Shown piece by piece: positions 12,428 through 24,272 of a DNA stretch of 33,568 bases (position 1 is the stretch's first letter; each line of letters opens with the position of its first letter). Below the pieces are notes generated by a model. It saw only the letters and a list, made by a program, of their open reading frames with translations. It made no database searches and was not told where the DNA came from. The position numbers were made by a program, and so were the translations under genes. This DNA comes from Macrostomum lignano (taxonomy: Eukaryota). The stretch is from contig NIVC01004845.1 in assembly GCA_002269645.1 (NCBI GenBank), positions 1 through 33,568 on the forward strand. The letters are read 5' to 3'.

Positions 12428-13711
12428 CATCCCCACCTGACCCTGCAGCAGCCGCACAGTCCGCTGGACTCCTGTCTGCAGTCCTACCTGGCTAACCTGG
12501 TCGACCTGCACGAGTCAGACCGATGCGCCGCTATGCTTCAGGCCTGCCGCGACCTTCGCTGCTCAGCCGGACTGCTCAGCCTCATGATGATGGAGAACCA
12601 GCTGCCAGACAGCTGCTGCCCGTCGCCGGAGTTCAGCCGCCTGTTCCGGATGCTCAACCACGTGATTCAGACGCTGTTGCAGCTCACATGCGATCAGGCC
12701 GTCCTCAACCTGGCGGACGCCGCGATTTTTCTCACCAAAAACCGTCGACCCGCCGACCAGAGCGAAGAAGCCGTCCTGGCCGCCGATTTCCGTTTCGTGA
12801 CGGCCTTCACCGACGCGGCGATGTCGGCGCTCGGCCGCTGCCCTTCCGAGGACGCCGATCTGGACGGCGACATCCTGCACAGCCTCTGGCAAGATTTGAG
12901 CAGGCCGGAGGTTTTGGCGATGCTCAAATATCAGGAGGCGACTGAGGCCGCTGAGGCGGCTCGCCAGCGCCTCATAGCCGGCGCCTCGACCACCGAGCTC
13001 AGCGACGTCGCTTTCCGTTCGAGGCAGCACCGGCTCCGGCTGCTGACCCAAGCGGTTGCTGCCCTGTTGCTAGGCAACCAGCCCAGCCTGGACTTCAACA
13101 ACAATGACGAGCACGGCATGGAACTCCGGCTGAGCACCGAGGGACGCCGGGTGCTGATTGGCCGCGGCGCTGGCGGACTGGTCGGCCGGCTTCGGCGGTG
13201 GAACCCGGCGGTTCTCAGCGACGAACTGCTGAATCTGCTGAGCAAGCCGCGGCTGGGCCGGCCGCTGATGCAGCTGCTGGCTGAGTCGGATGAGGCGGCC
13301 CAGTCTCCTACCGCCAGGCTGCTGGTCGATTGGGTTTTGTCTGCGGCCCGCTGCCTGGCTCTGCTGCGACGGACCTCCAGGCGATTCGCGTCTCCGGAGG
13401 CGGCCCAGCGCGGCCTGCTGCGCGAAGGCGGCTGCTTTGAAGGTGGCGATCGAGCCGCGCTGATTCGCCGGCTCGCTGAGGAGCTGCTGGCCGGAGGCGA
13501 ACTCGAACTCGAGCGATTCTCAGCTCTGGCGCAGCTACTGGCTCTGCAGTCAAGCTACTTGCCCGACGCTGATGAAGAAGAGAAGCTGAGCGAGTTCGAC
13601 TTCGACGAAGACGCCGCTAAGAAGCCGTCGTCGAACACGCCGAGTTGGCGGGCGTCCTTTCTGATGCGCCTCCTGCCGCAGCCGTCCGCGCCAGTTGATG
13701 CTTGCAGCTAG
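10274..13711 (+). CDS. Uncharacterised, largely alpha-helical protein (797 aa from ATG 10317; may extend 5')
   Basis: Exons 10274(or ATG 10317)-10918, 11518-12046 and 12449-13711. Donors cag|gtgagt and cag|gtgaga; acceptors preceded by pyrimidine tracts; phases 2 and 0 match. GC-rich, long open frames, ATTAAA near 13731. No family recognised. Confidence 0.8.
10975..11460. repeat. 16 bp minisatellite (GACACTAAGACAGGCA), intronic
   Basis: Direct tandem copies. Confidence 0.95.
12062..12427. repeat. Compound (GACA)n/(GACT)n microsatellite, intronic
   Basis: Direct observation. Confidence 0.97.
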
Positions 13712-14469
13712 ACTGCATGGTTTCCTGTAAATTAAATGCCTCGTCATCTATTTAGTACTTTGCCTGTGCCTCGGCCGGGTGACGCGCATGTACATGTATG
13801 TTAAAGCGTTGGCATTCGTTTGATTGGAAGTTCAGTCGTCAAACCGAACTCAACGCTGACTTCAAATGATTTTCCATTGTACAGGTGACAAATAGACTCT
13901 TTTTTGCAGACAAAATCCAGACTCAACTGTTTTTTTCATATCTCCACCTCATTGCAGCTTTTCATGCATTCCATTGAAATTTTCATGAGACTGCTTGTGA
14001 AAATTGGCCCATAATTTAGCATATTGTCCTGCTAGATAATATATTTTATTGCAACTGTAAATTTGATATGAGCGCAAAAGTCGAACGCCTATCTATCTGA
14101 CAGCCCTTTTCAGTTAATAAAATGCAAATGTTACGAGTATAAAGAACTAGTTCACACGGTTGTTGGCTGTCACTAAAATAATTCATGCTAAGGTATCATT
14201 TTTACAACACCGCCCAGTGCAGACCTCATTCTCGAGCTAAAATAAACAGAATAACGATCGACTTGGCTATAACTTTGTTCAACAATTGCAGGCCGTGAGA
14301 AACAAGTTCTTAACAATGTTTACCTAATTGGTCATTTAGACAGAGTCTGGAGTGACTGTAGGAATGGTGACCATAGCCTTTGCTATAGCATCAAAAGTTA
14401 TTAAGGAGGTCTAATATGAACTGCAAGAAATAAACACGCACATTTCAGTAACAAAAGGGCACAAAGGAC

Positions 14470-14720
14470 ATACTTTACGGAGACTAAGGACACACACTGC
14501 GAGATTTAGGGACACAAATTGTGGGATTTAAGGACACACACATTCCAGGGATTTAAGGACACACACATTCCAGGGATTTAAGGACACACATATTCCAGGG
14601 ATTTAAGCACACACACACTGCAGAGATTTAAGGACACACTGCAGGATTTACGGACACACACACACACACACACACACTGCAGGATTTACACACACACGCA
14701 CACTGCAGGGATTTAAGGAG
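14470..14720. repeat. Degenerate minisatellite (GGGATTTAAGGACACACACATTCCA) with (CA)n
   Basis: Tandem copies in the convergent intergenic region. Confidence 0.8.
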
Positions 14721-15379
14721 ACCAGCAATTGTGGTCAGCTTTTGCTCACTTTCGGAGTAAGTTAACCCAAACTGGACCAGCTGATTACCCTCAGCTAGAA
14801 GTCGGTCAAAGCTACTCGACTGTCGCTCAACACTGACTAATGGTCACATGCAACCTCTGTTGATCAAGTCAAGATTTATTAATAAACCAATATGACTGCT
14901 AAACCCTTCTAATTAAAGTCTCTATTATTTTAGTGTCTCAAATTAACGCTGGCTAGGCTGAAACAAGAAAACAAGAAAACAACTATTATAAGCTAAGCTA
15001 TCAAATAGCTCTCAGACAAAAATAAAGAAAACTAGATAATTTTGATTGATTGGCAGTTTGCCAAGTCCAGTGCGCAGTACTCGAATCGACTCAAGGTGAG
15101 TTTACATTTATTTTTAATGCACGGACTATTTAGGTATCTTTTACGAGCATATACATGTACATGTAAGTCGTCTACTTACGAGTAATTAGTCCGTGATCTA
15201 ATAACTTTAATATTGGAAACTTGAAACCATACCAGAATTTCAAAAGTTTAGCTTTGAAATTTGTTTATTTTACGCATGACTACACAGGGAAAATTATTAT
15301 CAGATCAATCAAGTTACATAAATAAAATGTCTCTCTTCATGTCTCTTCACTACTACAAGCTCGACACTGCAATCTGTGC

Positions 15380-18300
15380 TCAGGACGCCAGCAAACTTGG
15401 CGTGAGCTCGCAGTTCGCATCGTCGCATTCCAAGAGAACCCTGGCCAGATCCGGCCGGCCCATGCTGGCCAGGGCGTCTGCAAGTTGCCGCGCCATGCTG
15501 CCACGCTCCGGCAACGGCACCGAACGCTTCCAGTGCGTCAGGATCTTGTAGGTGACGCTGGCCACACTGGTGGCACCTCCGGCCGATAATACATCGAAAC
15601 CGATACCCGTGATGGCGCTCTCGGGAGGCTGAGATGCACAGCCAAAGTGAGGCCTTGGCGCACGTGCTCAGAGAGGGTCTGCAGGCTTCGCACGCTGAGT
15701 GCTTTGGATTCGCGAGTAGCTGAAGTTGAAAATTTTGCTTGATAATAATAATAATAATTGATTACACCTGTCCTAATGGGCAGATGTGCAACCGACAGCT
15801 CAGCCGCAGCTATTACGCGGCGCATCTGAAGGCTGCGTACGGCTGTTCAGGCCAAGGACTGGGGGGTCGCCACACACAGCCTCAATTACCCCAGCTAATG
15901 CTGGCACCCATTTTACAGCTAGGTGAACTGAGGCAATTCAGAGTTAAGTGTCTTGCTCAAGGACACAAACTGTTCCGAGTGAGTCAGGAGTCGAACCCCC
16001 GACCTTCAAGTCGTGAGACCGACGCTCTGACCACTAGGCTACAACCCCTAGCCGTTGCAAAGAGCCCCACAAGAGCTCATATTCGCCACAAGGACCACTA
16101 GGAACACTTTTTATAGTCTAGTAGTCCTTGATTCGCCATAGACTAAGAAATGAAATCACGAGGCAGGCAATTTTGGTTTATTTCACGAGCATCAAACTCC
16201 AAGCCACCAGTGCCCGCATGCATTCACTGTCCTCTCTCTGTCCACCAGGACTGATTTCAGCGCATGGTCATCTCTGCGCCATTTTTTACTGTAGCCATGC
16301 CTTCCAGCTGTGGTCCAGATTTCTCGCAGTTGAATCCAAAGTGATTTCTGTTGTCTATGGCTTTCTTTGGCTTGTCTGTGTAAAATCCCTGTGTAAAACG
16401 ATTGTTGTAAGTTGTTTTACTACTCACAAGTAGGCGCTTGCAGGTGCCGCCTTGGCGCCGTCAGCCGCTGGAAGCTCTCGATGCGAGCCTGCGCCGCGTC
16501 CAGCTCGTTCACCCGCAGCCGAAGCCTCGGCAGGGTGGGGATTCGCTTGATGGTGGCGGCACCGGCTGTCGCTGTTGAACCGCGCTGAGTCGGCGGTGGA
16601 GGAGATGGCGGAGGTGTCGGAGTTGGTGGTGGTGGCGGCGTAGGCGGGCGCAGACCCAGGTAAGTCTTGACCGCGTCGAAGCTGAGAACGATCTCGTGCT
16701 CGGAGACTAGATCGCCCGACTCGTACAGGACAGAGATCTGCGATCTGAGTGTTGTAGGATGACAGTGTAGCTTAGGCTTATAGGGCTAGGGCTAGGGCCA
16801 AGGCTAGGGATAGGGCTAGGGCTAGGGCAAGGGTTAGGGCTATAGGGCTAGGGCTAGGGCTAGGGCTAGGGCTAGGGCTAGGGCTAGGGCTAGGGTTAGG
16901 ATAGGGCTAGGGCTAGGGTTAGGATAGGGCTAGGGCTAGGGCTATAGGGCTAGGGCTGGGGCTAGGGTTAGGGTTAGGGCTAGGGCTAGGGTTAGGATAG
17001 GGCTAGGGCTAGGGCTAGGGCTGGGGCTAGGGTTAGGGCTAGGGCTAGGGCTAGGGTCAGGATAGGGCTAGGGCTAGGGCTAGGGCTAGGGCTAGGGCTA
17101 TAGGGCTAGGGCTAGGGTTAGGGCTAGGGCTATAGGGCTAGGGCTAGGGTTAGGGTCGCAATGAATTCGTGACAATTTAACTAATTAAATTTCGGCAGGT
17201 AATTAACGTAGACCGATTGACAACCTTCTGGAAAAAAGCATCTTGCATCCGAGAAATGCAAATTACAGAAAAAGACAGTTCGTAATGCTAAATTAAAATT
17301 TCAGAAGATATTAGCAGCCGGTAGAACTGAGCAGTTCTGGCAATTTTTTTCTTAGCCTCAAACACGAAATCCCAGTTTTATCACAATAAACCCCTTTGGG
17401 AGCCTGTGAAGGTGACCCGGATGGATGGGACTGTCGAATGCAGTAGGTTTTACTCCTTTAGTCAAAGTTGTGTCTTTCAACTAAAAAAGTCGTAGAATCT
17501 GACTCACTTAAAATTGATGGTCTCATTCTCTTGAGCAGAATCTGCAGCTCTGTTTCCAGAGTCCAGGTCCGCTTGCTGCTGCCGCTGCTGCTGCAGTTTG
17601 TAGTCGAAGAAGTCCGTCGCGACAGTGTGGCATCTTTCAGTCGGCACCAAACGATAAATGGCAGGTGCATCGCTAAGCAGCTGGTGGTACTGCACCAGAA
17701 CCTGCCGCAGGCAATTCTCAACCGCTGCAACCGGCCCATTGTCAGTCTCAGTTTCCTGGCACAGTGCCAAATCGCTGCTGCCTGCCAGGCGTACAATGAA
17801 GATGGCGCCGTTTCGCAATCGAACCGCGCCTCGACGAATTTCTTCGCCAACATCCGCTTGCCGGCGCGAATTTGGGCGACGTCTGAAGGAAGAAAATTGT
17901 TGCTCTTGTTGCTGCTGCTGCTGCTGCTGAAGCTGAAGACTCTGCAGAAACAGCCAGCCCTTAGCCTGAAAGATTTTTTAACATTTTGTTCAGGGTTGTA
18001 GTCTATAGTGGCTAGAGCGTCGGACTCACGAATGAAAGGTCGGGGGTTCGATTCTCGACCCACGGGGAACAATTTGTGTCCTTGAGCAAGACACTTAACT
18101 CTGCATTGCTGCAGTTCACCCAGGCTCTGTAAAATGGGTGCCAGCGTAAGCTGGGGTAATTGAGGGTGTGTGGCAACCCCCCCCCCCAGTCCTTGGACTG
18201 AACAGCCGTACGCAGCCTTCAGATGCGCAGCGCAATTTAGCTGCGGCTGAGCTGTCGGTTGCACATCTGCCCAGGCAAAAAAATTTACTGATATTTCGTT

Positions 18301-20389
18301 TTTTTAACTACGCAGTACACTACTTAAAGTAGGTTGAATATCTCTTTTTGATTTTTAACCATACTATCTATAACCCACATCTCAGGCTTTCAATGACGTC
18401 ACCTGAACGCGGTCGGAAATTCTTTCCACAATCTCGTTGCGCGGGGCGCAGTCAACGCAGAGTCGCCAGCGCCGATCTTCCAGCTTGGCGAACAGCAGAA
18501 TTTCGCCTTCCATCGCGGTGTTCCAGCTGCACAGCAGAGGCATCGCTAGAGACGCTCGCTGGACCTTCGTCGGGCTGACTGAGGCGAAGCAGTACCTGGT
18601 CAGGTGGCGGGCCTCGAAACTGATGGAGTTTTTAGTCAGCTTCAGAGAGCTGCCGGGATCCAGGATGCGCCAGGGCTCTGCCAGACCCGGCCGAGGCTGG
18701 TAGAAGATCGTCACCGATGCAGAGTCCGCTGCGGATGCTGGCGCTCCCGCTGAGTCTCCCGAAGACAGAAGCCATTGCGGCAGCGGCAGCTTCAGTGTTA
18801 TTGGCCGTTTGAACTCACCGCCCGGGTAGTTGAAATTGTACACCGGGGAGAGGCTCCGGATGTCCATGGTCTGGGATGGGTGCTTCCGTCTGGCGAGGGT
18901 CAGGCGCTCGTCTGAGAACGGGATGATCTGATGGGGAATGAGGGATTGTATTTTAAATTATTGCATCATCAACATGAAATATTGAATCAATTTCATCATG
19001 CAGGTAAAAACTCACTGAAAAGCAGCAGTCCAAGGCTTCTGAGCAGCCTCGCTTTGGGATGCGCACAGAAACGATGGGGTCCAGCTTCAGGTTGAGCAGC
19101 GCCCCATTGGGCGACACTTGAAATGTCTCCGACAGAGGCGACAGGATGGCCACGTAGATTCCGGATGCAGTCACGATGCACGTGATGCTCTTGTTGTCCT
19201 GAAAAATTGGAAGTGCATGGGTGTCAGTCTAGCAGGTGTCAGGCTAGCAGGTGTCAGGCTAGCAGGTGTCAGGCTAGCAGGTGTCAGGCTAGCAGGTGTC
19301 AGGCTACCAGGTATCAGGCTAGCAGGTGTCAGGCTAGCAGGTGTCAGGCTAGCAGGTGTCAGGATAGCAGGTGTCAGGATAGCAGGTGTCAGGATAGCAG
19401 GTGTCAGGCTAGCAGGTGTCAGGATAGCAGGTGTCAGGCTAGCAGGTGTCAGTCTAGCAGGTGTCAGGCTAGCAGGTGTCAGGCTAGCAGGTGTCAGGCT
19501 AGCAGGTGTCAGGCTAGCAGGTGTCAGGCTAGCAGGTGTCAGGCTAGCAGGTGTCAGGCTAGCAGGTGTCAGGCTACCAGGTATCAGGCTAGCAGGTGTC
19601 AGGCTAGCAGGTGTCAGGCTAGCAGGTGTCAGGATAGCAGGTGTCAGGATAGCAGGTGTCAGGATAGCAGGTGTCAGGCTAGCAGGTGTCAGGATAGCAG
19701 GTGTCAGGCTAGCAGGTGTCAGTCTAGCAGGTGTCAGGCTAGCAGGTGTCAGGCTAGCAGGTGTCAGGCTAGCAGGTGTCAGGCTAGCAGGTGTCAGGCT
19801 ACCAGGTATCAGGCTAGCAGATGTCAGGCTAGCAGGTGTCAGGCTAGCAGGTGTCAGGCTAGCAGGTGTCAGGCTAGCAGGTGTCAGGCTAGCAGGTGTC
19901 AGGCTGCAAAACAATTTTTCTATTGACAACAATTTATAGCTTTCCAAGAAAGCCTTGCGCACCTCTTCCGTAACCTCCATTGTTGTCCAACTCTCGGAAT
20001 CGTCGCTGTCGCTGGTCGCTGGCTGATCCGACGGGCGACCAACCAGGCGCAGGTGCTGAGTCGGCGGCTGAGAAGGCAGCGGCCGCCGCAGCACCGGCAG
20101 CGTGAGCGCCAGTCGGTAGCGCTGCCCTTGGCGCATGTTTGCCAGCTCAACCTGATACACTGGCGATGCCAGCAGCTCCTGCTCTTGAAGCGGAGGCGAC
20201 CTGCCAGCCAGGCCGGCAGTCGGCACCGCCGAGACGGTCAACGTTGATGTCGATGCGCCGCCGCCGGATCGATGCTTGCCACCGCCGCCGTTGCCGCCGC
20301 CATCGATGAGCTTCAGGCGGCCACCGCCTGGCAACGGGTAGCTGCCGCCGCTGCTCCGGCCACCCAATGAGATGCGGACTGGCGATGGC
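15380..20389 (-). CDS. ZU5-ZU5-UPA-death domain protein (DTHD1/PIDD1-like), core 6 exons, about 750 codons
   Basis: Exons 20389-19963, 19198-19016, 18927-18403, 17965-17508, 16744-16428 and 15719-15380, with GT-AG and consistent phases (0,0,0,2,1). ZU5 motifs SPVYQVEL and ETFQVSPNGALLNLKLDPIVSVRIP...SPVYNFNYPGGEFKRPITLKLP...HLTRY. UPA-like VRLRNGAIFIVRLAG. C-terminal death domain GLTLAVHLSLP(E)SAITGIGFD...YKILTHWKR...LADALASMGRPDLA. Needs +1 nt near 15623. AATAAA on minus strand at 15264-15269. Confidence 0.85.
15741..16048 (-). mobile_element. tRNA-derived SINE with CORE-like central domain, full-length with (ATT)n tail
   Basis: Head GGGGTTGTAGCCTAGTGGTCAGAGCG (A box) and GGTTCGACTCC (B box); TGTGTCCTTGAGCAAGACACTTAAC...CTGTAAAATGGG core; (ATT)n 3' tail; clearly homologous to the copies at 17992 and 24273. 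Confidence 0.85.
16782..17156. repeat. (TAGGGC)n telomere-like hexamer array with interspersed TTAGGG
   Basis: Direct observation; intronic in the minus-strand gene. Confidence 0.95.
17992..18275 (+). mobile_element. Second copy of the tRNA/CORE-like SINE (no ATT tail)
   Basis: Same A box, B box, core and 3' region; lies in intron 17966-18402. Confidence 0.85.
19221..19905. repeat. 15 bp minisatellite (TCAGGCTAGCAGGTG) with a 270 bp higher-order duplication
   Basis: Variant units recur 270 bp apart (19301/19571 and 19451/19721). Confidence 0.97.
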
Positions 20390-20397
20390 CTGACGGT

Positions 20398-20400
20398 GAT

Positions 20401-20433
<33 letters not shown>

Positions 20434-20454
20434 TATTTATTTATTTATTTATTT

Positions 20455-20485
<31 letters not shown>

Positions 20486-20589
20486 AATTGATTGATTGAT
20501 TGATTGACTAAGTGATTGATTGCTGATTGACTGATTGATTGGTTGATTGATTAATTAAGTGATTGATTGATTGATTGATTTATTTATTT

Positions 20590-20620
<31 letters not shown>

Positions 20621-20709
20621 AATTGATTGATTGATTGATTGACTAAGTGATTGATTGCTGATTGACTGATTGATTGGTTGATTGATTAATTAAGTGATTG
20701 ATTGATTGG

Positions 20710-20743
<34 letters not shown>

Positions 20744-20822
20744 AAGTGATTGATTGATTGGTTGATTGAGTGATTGATTGATTGATTGATCGATTGATTA
20801 ATTGATTGATTGATTGATTAAG

Positions 20823-20872
<50 letters not shown>

Positions 20873-20917
20873 ATTAATTGACTGAGATAGATAGATAGAT
20901 AGATAGATAAATAGATG

Positions 20918-20950
<33 letters not shown>
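20398..20950. repeat. Compound (GATT)n/(TTTA)n/(GATA)n microsatellite
   Basis: Direct observation. Confidence 0.95.
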
Positions 20951-20953
<3 letters not shown>

Positions 20954-21085
20954 TAATCTAGATATAGATATGTAAAAATACTTTTTAAAGACGGCAAGCG
21001 CAGCCCAGTGGGGTTCAATGCAACCAACAGAAAATGCAAAGTCAGCGCCATCCCAGAACTCCAGAATCAGCTGATGGGAACTTAC

Positions 21086-21219
21086 GCAACCGTTAAGCCT
21101 TGATGATGCTCCTCAGCTGCCGCTATTCTTCGCTTTCTCTGGCCATTTGCCACCATCTGCCTGCTCAGTTTGCAAGCAGACGAACCGAGCTCTGCCCCCC
21201 CACCCAACCCCAGTCAGGT
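21086..21219 (-). CDS. Probable upstream exon of the ZU5/death-domain gene (frame ambiguous)
   Basis: Donor gc|gtaag at 21085. The frame MVANGQRKRRIAAAEEHHQGLTVA ends in phase 2, matching exon 20389. The 5' part needs a frameshift in the G7 run if the ataatag acceptor at 21220 is used. Confidence 0.5.
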
Positions 21220-21604
21220 CTATTATAACGCCAACACTGAGTGTGCAGATGACAGCGGCAGGCGGTCTGAGCCCAGGTGTACTTGAATAGGTGCTGCAAA
21301 CCCTCTCTTAGCAAAACTCAGAACTCTCTTAGTAAACTTAGCAAACCTGAGCCAGGCTTATACGGGGGGGGCATGAAGCTGCCCCTTTCTCCGTTTTGCG
21401 CACCTTTCATTTTGCCTTTCCGTCCTAGCGCACTAACGCCCGAAGCAGCAACAAGCGGTAATTATCAATAACTACTTTATGGCTCGGTAATGTCCTTATT
21501 TACCTGACTGTATGCGTGTGCTTTTGATCGACAAGAACACTGCTGCCGAAGTAAACTTTTGACTTTATCAACGTTTAACAAATTTTTATGACAGTTGAGA
21601 GTGA

Positions 21605-21636
<32 letters not shown>

Positions 21637-21879
21637 CAAAGATACGATAAGAGGACTGCAATAAAAACGTATGTTGCTATGCTAAATGCCAACTCGTGTT
21701 GTAGTTTATGCTTTGCTAAGTTTACTTCGATACATACCGGAAAATGCTTCGCTTTAATTGTTTTGCACTTTTAAACTAAAAGATATTTCGAAAAGATTCT
21801 TCGAATTTCTACATAACTTTTTTTCATCTACTCCCTTCTCATCACTCTAAACATCTGTCTAAACCTTCTCAATATCTCT

Positions 21880-22190
21880 CAATACCTTTCTCTCATACCT
21901 GGTATCTCTACACCTCTCTCTCCTCTCTCTCATCTCTCTACACCTCTCTCTCATCTCTCTACACCTCTCTCTCATCTCTCTACACCTCTCTCTCATCTCT
22001 CTACCCCTCCCTCTTATCCCTCTACATCTATCTATTATCTCTCTACATCTGTCTCTCATCTCACTACATCTCTCTCATCTCTCTACATCTATCTCTCATC
22101 TCACTACATCTCTCTCATCTCTCTACATCTATCTCTCATCTCACTACATCTCTCTCATCTCACTACATCTCTCTTATCTCTCTACATCTA

Positions 22191-22255
<65 letters not shown>

Positions 22256-22290
22256 CTCTCTCTCTCTCTCTCTCTCTCTCAATCTCTCAT
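21880..22290. repeat. CT-rich minisatellite (CATCTCTCTACA...) ending in (CT)n
   Basis: Direct observation; a short (GA)n is also present at about 21608-21637. Confidence 0.9.
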
Positions 22291-22349
22291 CACTTTCACT
22301 AGTTATGATGACAGCAAACAGTAAAAGCAAAAGTACACTGCTAACTTAC

Positions 22350-22483
22350 CCATCAGGTAGCATCAAATATTAGCTACAAGCAGCCCAGAAGTATTGACAA
22401 ATAACGAGTTTTCCAACTGAAATCTGCACTCAATAAACAGGACCACTGCACAGTCGAAGTCAGACCGACGCCCTGCTACACCT
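22350..22483 (-). CDS. Tentative upstream exon of the ZU5/death-domain gene
   Basis: Acceptor tttttcaacag and donor gg|gtaag. Phase-2 entry gives (FPR)GVAGRRSDFDCAVVLFIECRFQLENSLF..., which resembles a ZU5 N-terminus. An in-frame TGA near the end is removed only by +1 T in a TTT run. Confidence 0.4.
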
Positions 22484-22692
22484 CTGTTGAAAAATATTGG
22501 CTACATTAAATACTCGACTTTGCAAACAACTTTTCCCGTCGAGTCTTTTACGATGGTTTTGCGTTTGATGTAAAGTAATGTAATGTAAAGGTGAACACAT
22601 AATTGCGTTGCTAAGTTGGGTATGCGGTAACTCAACATTGCTAGGTGAGCTAACTGGCCTTTTGCTTTAAAAGTGTAGATGTTGCTGGTGTA

Positions 22693-23700
22693 GATTAGAG
22701 AGGGGGATGATTCTCAGGTGTAGATGAGAGAGGGTGATGATTCTCAGGTGTAGATGAGAGAGAGTAATGATTCTCAGGTGTAGATGAGAGAGTAATGATT
22801 CTCAGGTGTAGATGAGAGAGGGTGATGATTCTCAGGTGTAGATGAGAGAGGGTGATGATTCTCAGGTGTAGATGAGAGAGGGTGATGATTCTCAGGTGTA
22901 GATGAGAGAGGGTGATGATTCTCAGGTGTAGATGAGAGAGGGTGATGATTCTCAGGTGTAGATGAGAGAGGGTGATGATTCTCAGGTGTAGATGAGAGAG
23001 GGTGATGATTCTCAGGTGTAGATGAGAGAGTAATGATTCTCAGGTGTAGATGAGAGAGTAATGATTCTCAGGTGTAGATGAGAGAGGGTGATGATTCTCA
23101 GGTGTAGATGAGAGAGTAATGATTCTCAGGTGTAGATGAGAGAGGGTGATGATTCTCAGGTGTAGATGAGAGAGGGTGATGATTCTCAGGTGTAGATGAG
23201 AGAGGGTGATGATTCTCAGGTGTAGATGAGAGAGGGTGATGATTCTCAGGTGTAGATGAGAGAGGGTGATGATTCTCAGGTGTAGATGAGAGAGGGTGAT
23301 GATTCTCAGGTGTAGATGAGAGAGGGTGATGATTCTCAGGTGTAGATGAGAGAGTAATGATTCTCAGGTGTAGATGAGAGAGTAATGATTCTCAGGTGTA
23401 GATGAGAGAGGGTGATGATTCTCAGGTGTAGATGAGAGAGGGTGATGATTCTCAGGTGTAGATGAGAGAGGGTGATGATTCTCAGGTGTAGATGAGAGAG
23501 TAATGATTCTCAGGTGTAGATGAGAGAGTAATGATTCTCAGGTGTAGATGAGAGAGTAATGATTCTCAGGTGTAGATGAGAGAGGGTGATGATTCTCAGG
23601 TGTAGATGAGAGAGGGTGATGATTCTCAGGTGTAGATGAGAGGGTGGTGATTCTCAGGTGTAGATGAGAGGGTGATGATTCTCAGGTGTAGATGAGAGGG
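22693..23700. repeat. 30/28 bp minisatellite (GATTCTCAGGTGTAGATGAGAGAGGGTGAT), about 34 copies
   Basis: Highly homogeneous tandem copies with two length variants. Confidence 0.97.
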
Positions 23701-24272
23701 TAATTCGCACTACAGGTAAAGGTCCACTTTGATCCTCAATAATATGCAGCATCATCTATTTCAAAGCTATTGCACTGCAATTGCAGGCAGACAAAGCAGT
23801 AGGCAAGTGCGGGCCCCAACCGACAATGAATTGTACAGCACTGCATTGCTAATCATTTTGAGTCGGTTCAGGTTTACACTGCAGCGGCTGTGCTCTCAAA
23901 GAACTTTAATGAAATTCTCTCCTCAGTGTTGAATGGAAGTTCAATATGCTGCGAAGACAAAGAATTATGAATGCAGACGGATCTGAGCAATTTTGCTGTT
24001 CAGGTTTGCTGAATTGTTGAGAATGAATGACAATAGGAACATATGCATGCCTTTGTAGCATTTTATAGCACAGCCTATACATGTATAGAACTGCCACCTG
24101 TGCAGTCCTCTGTGCCCCCCCCCCTAGCTCAACTGACTTCTCAAATTTTTCTTTTATCTCTCAGGATTTTCATACGAGGGTGGCGCCGCGTGTGTGGCGG
24201 GGCGCCAGCACCAGAGGCGGCAGAAGAGGGCAGAGAGGCCCCCCCTCAATCGCCCACACTGGAGTTGCGCTG

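Noticed and set aside
10293-13747. Antisense ORFs overlapping the GC-rich exons
   Set aside because: Shadow ORFs expected in high-GC coding DNA; splice signals support only the plus strand.
15960-16048. tRNA genes at the SINE heads (also 17992 and 24273)
   Set aside because: Only A/B boxes and a partial cloverleaf are present, continuing into the shared SINE core and tail; the anticodon regions differ among copies.
19118-19939. Pentapeptide-repeat-like ORFs (GVRLA, CQASR, LTPAS)
   Set aside because: A 15 bp minisatellite inside a phase-0 GT-AG intron (19962-19199), not a pentapeptide-repeat protein.
22364-22366. In-frame TGA as a selenocysteine codon
   Set aside because: No SECIS identified, the exon itself is tentative, and a TTT homopolymer deletion explains it more simply.
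23870-24035. Possible extra exon (HIELPFNTEERISLKFFEST) on the minus strand
   Set aside because: Good acceptor, but its phase does not fit the flanking tentative exons and the donor is weak.
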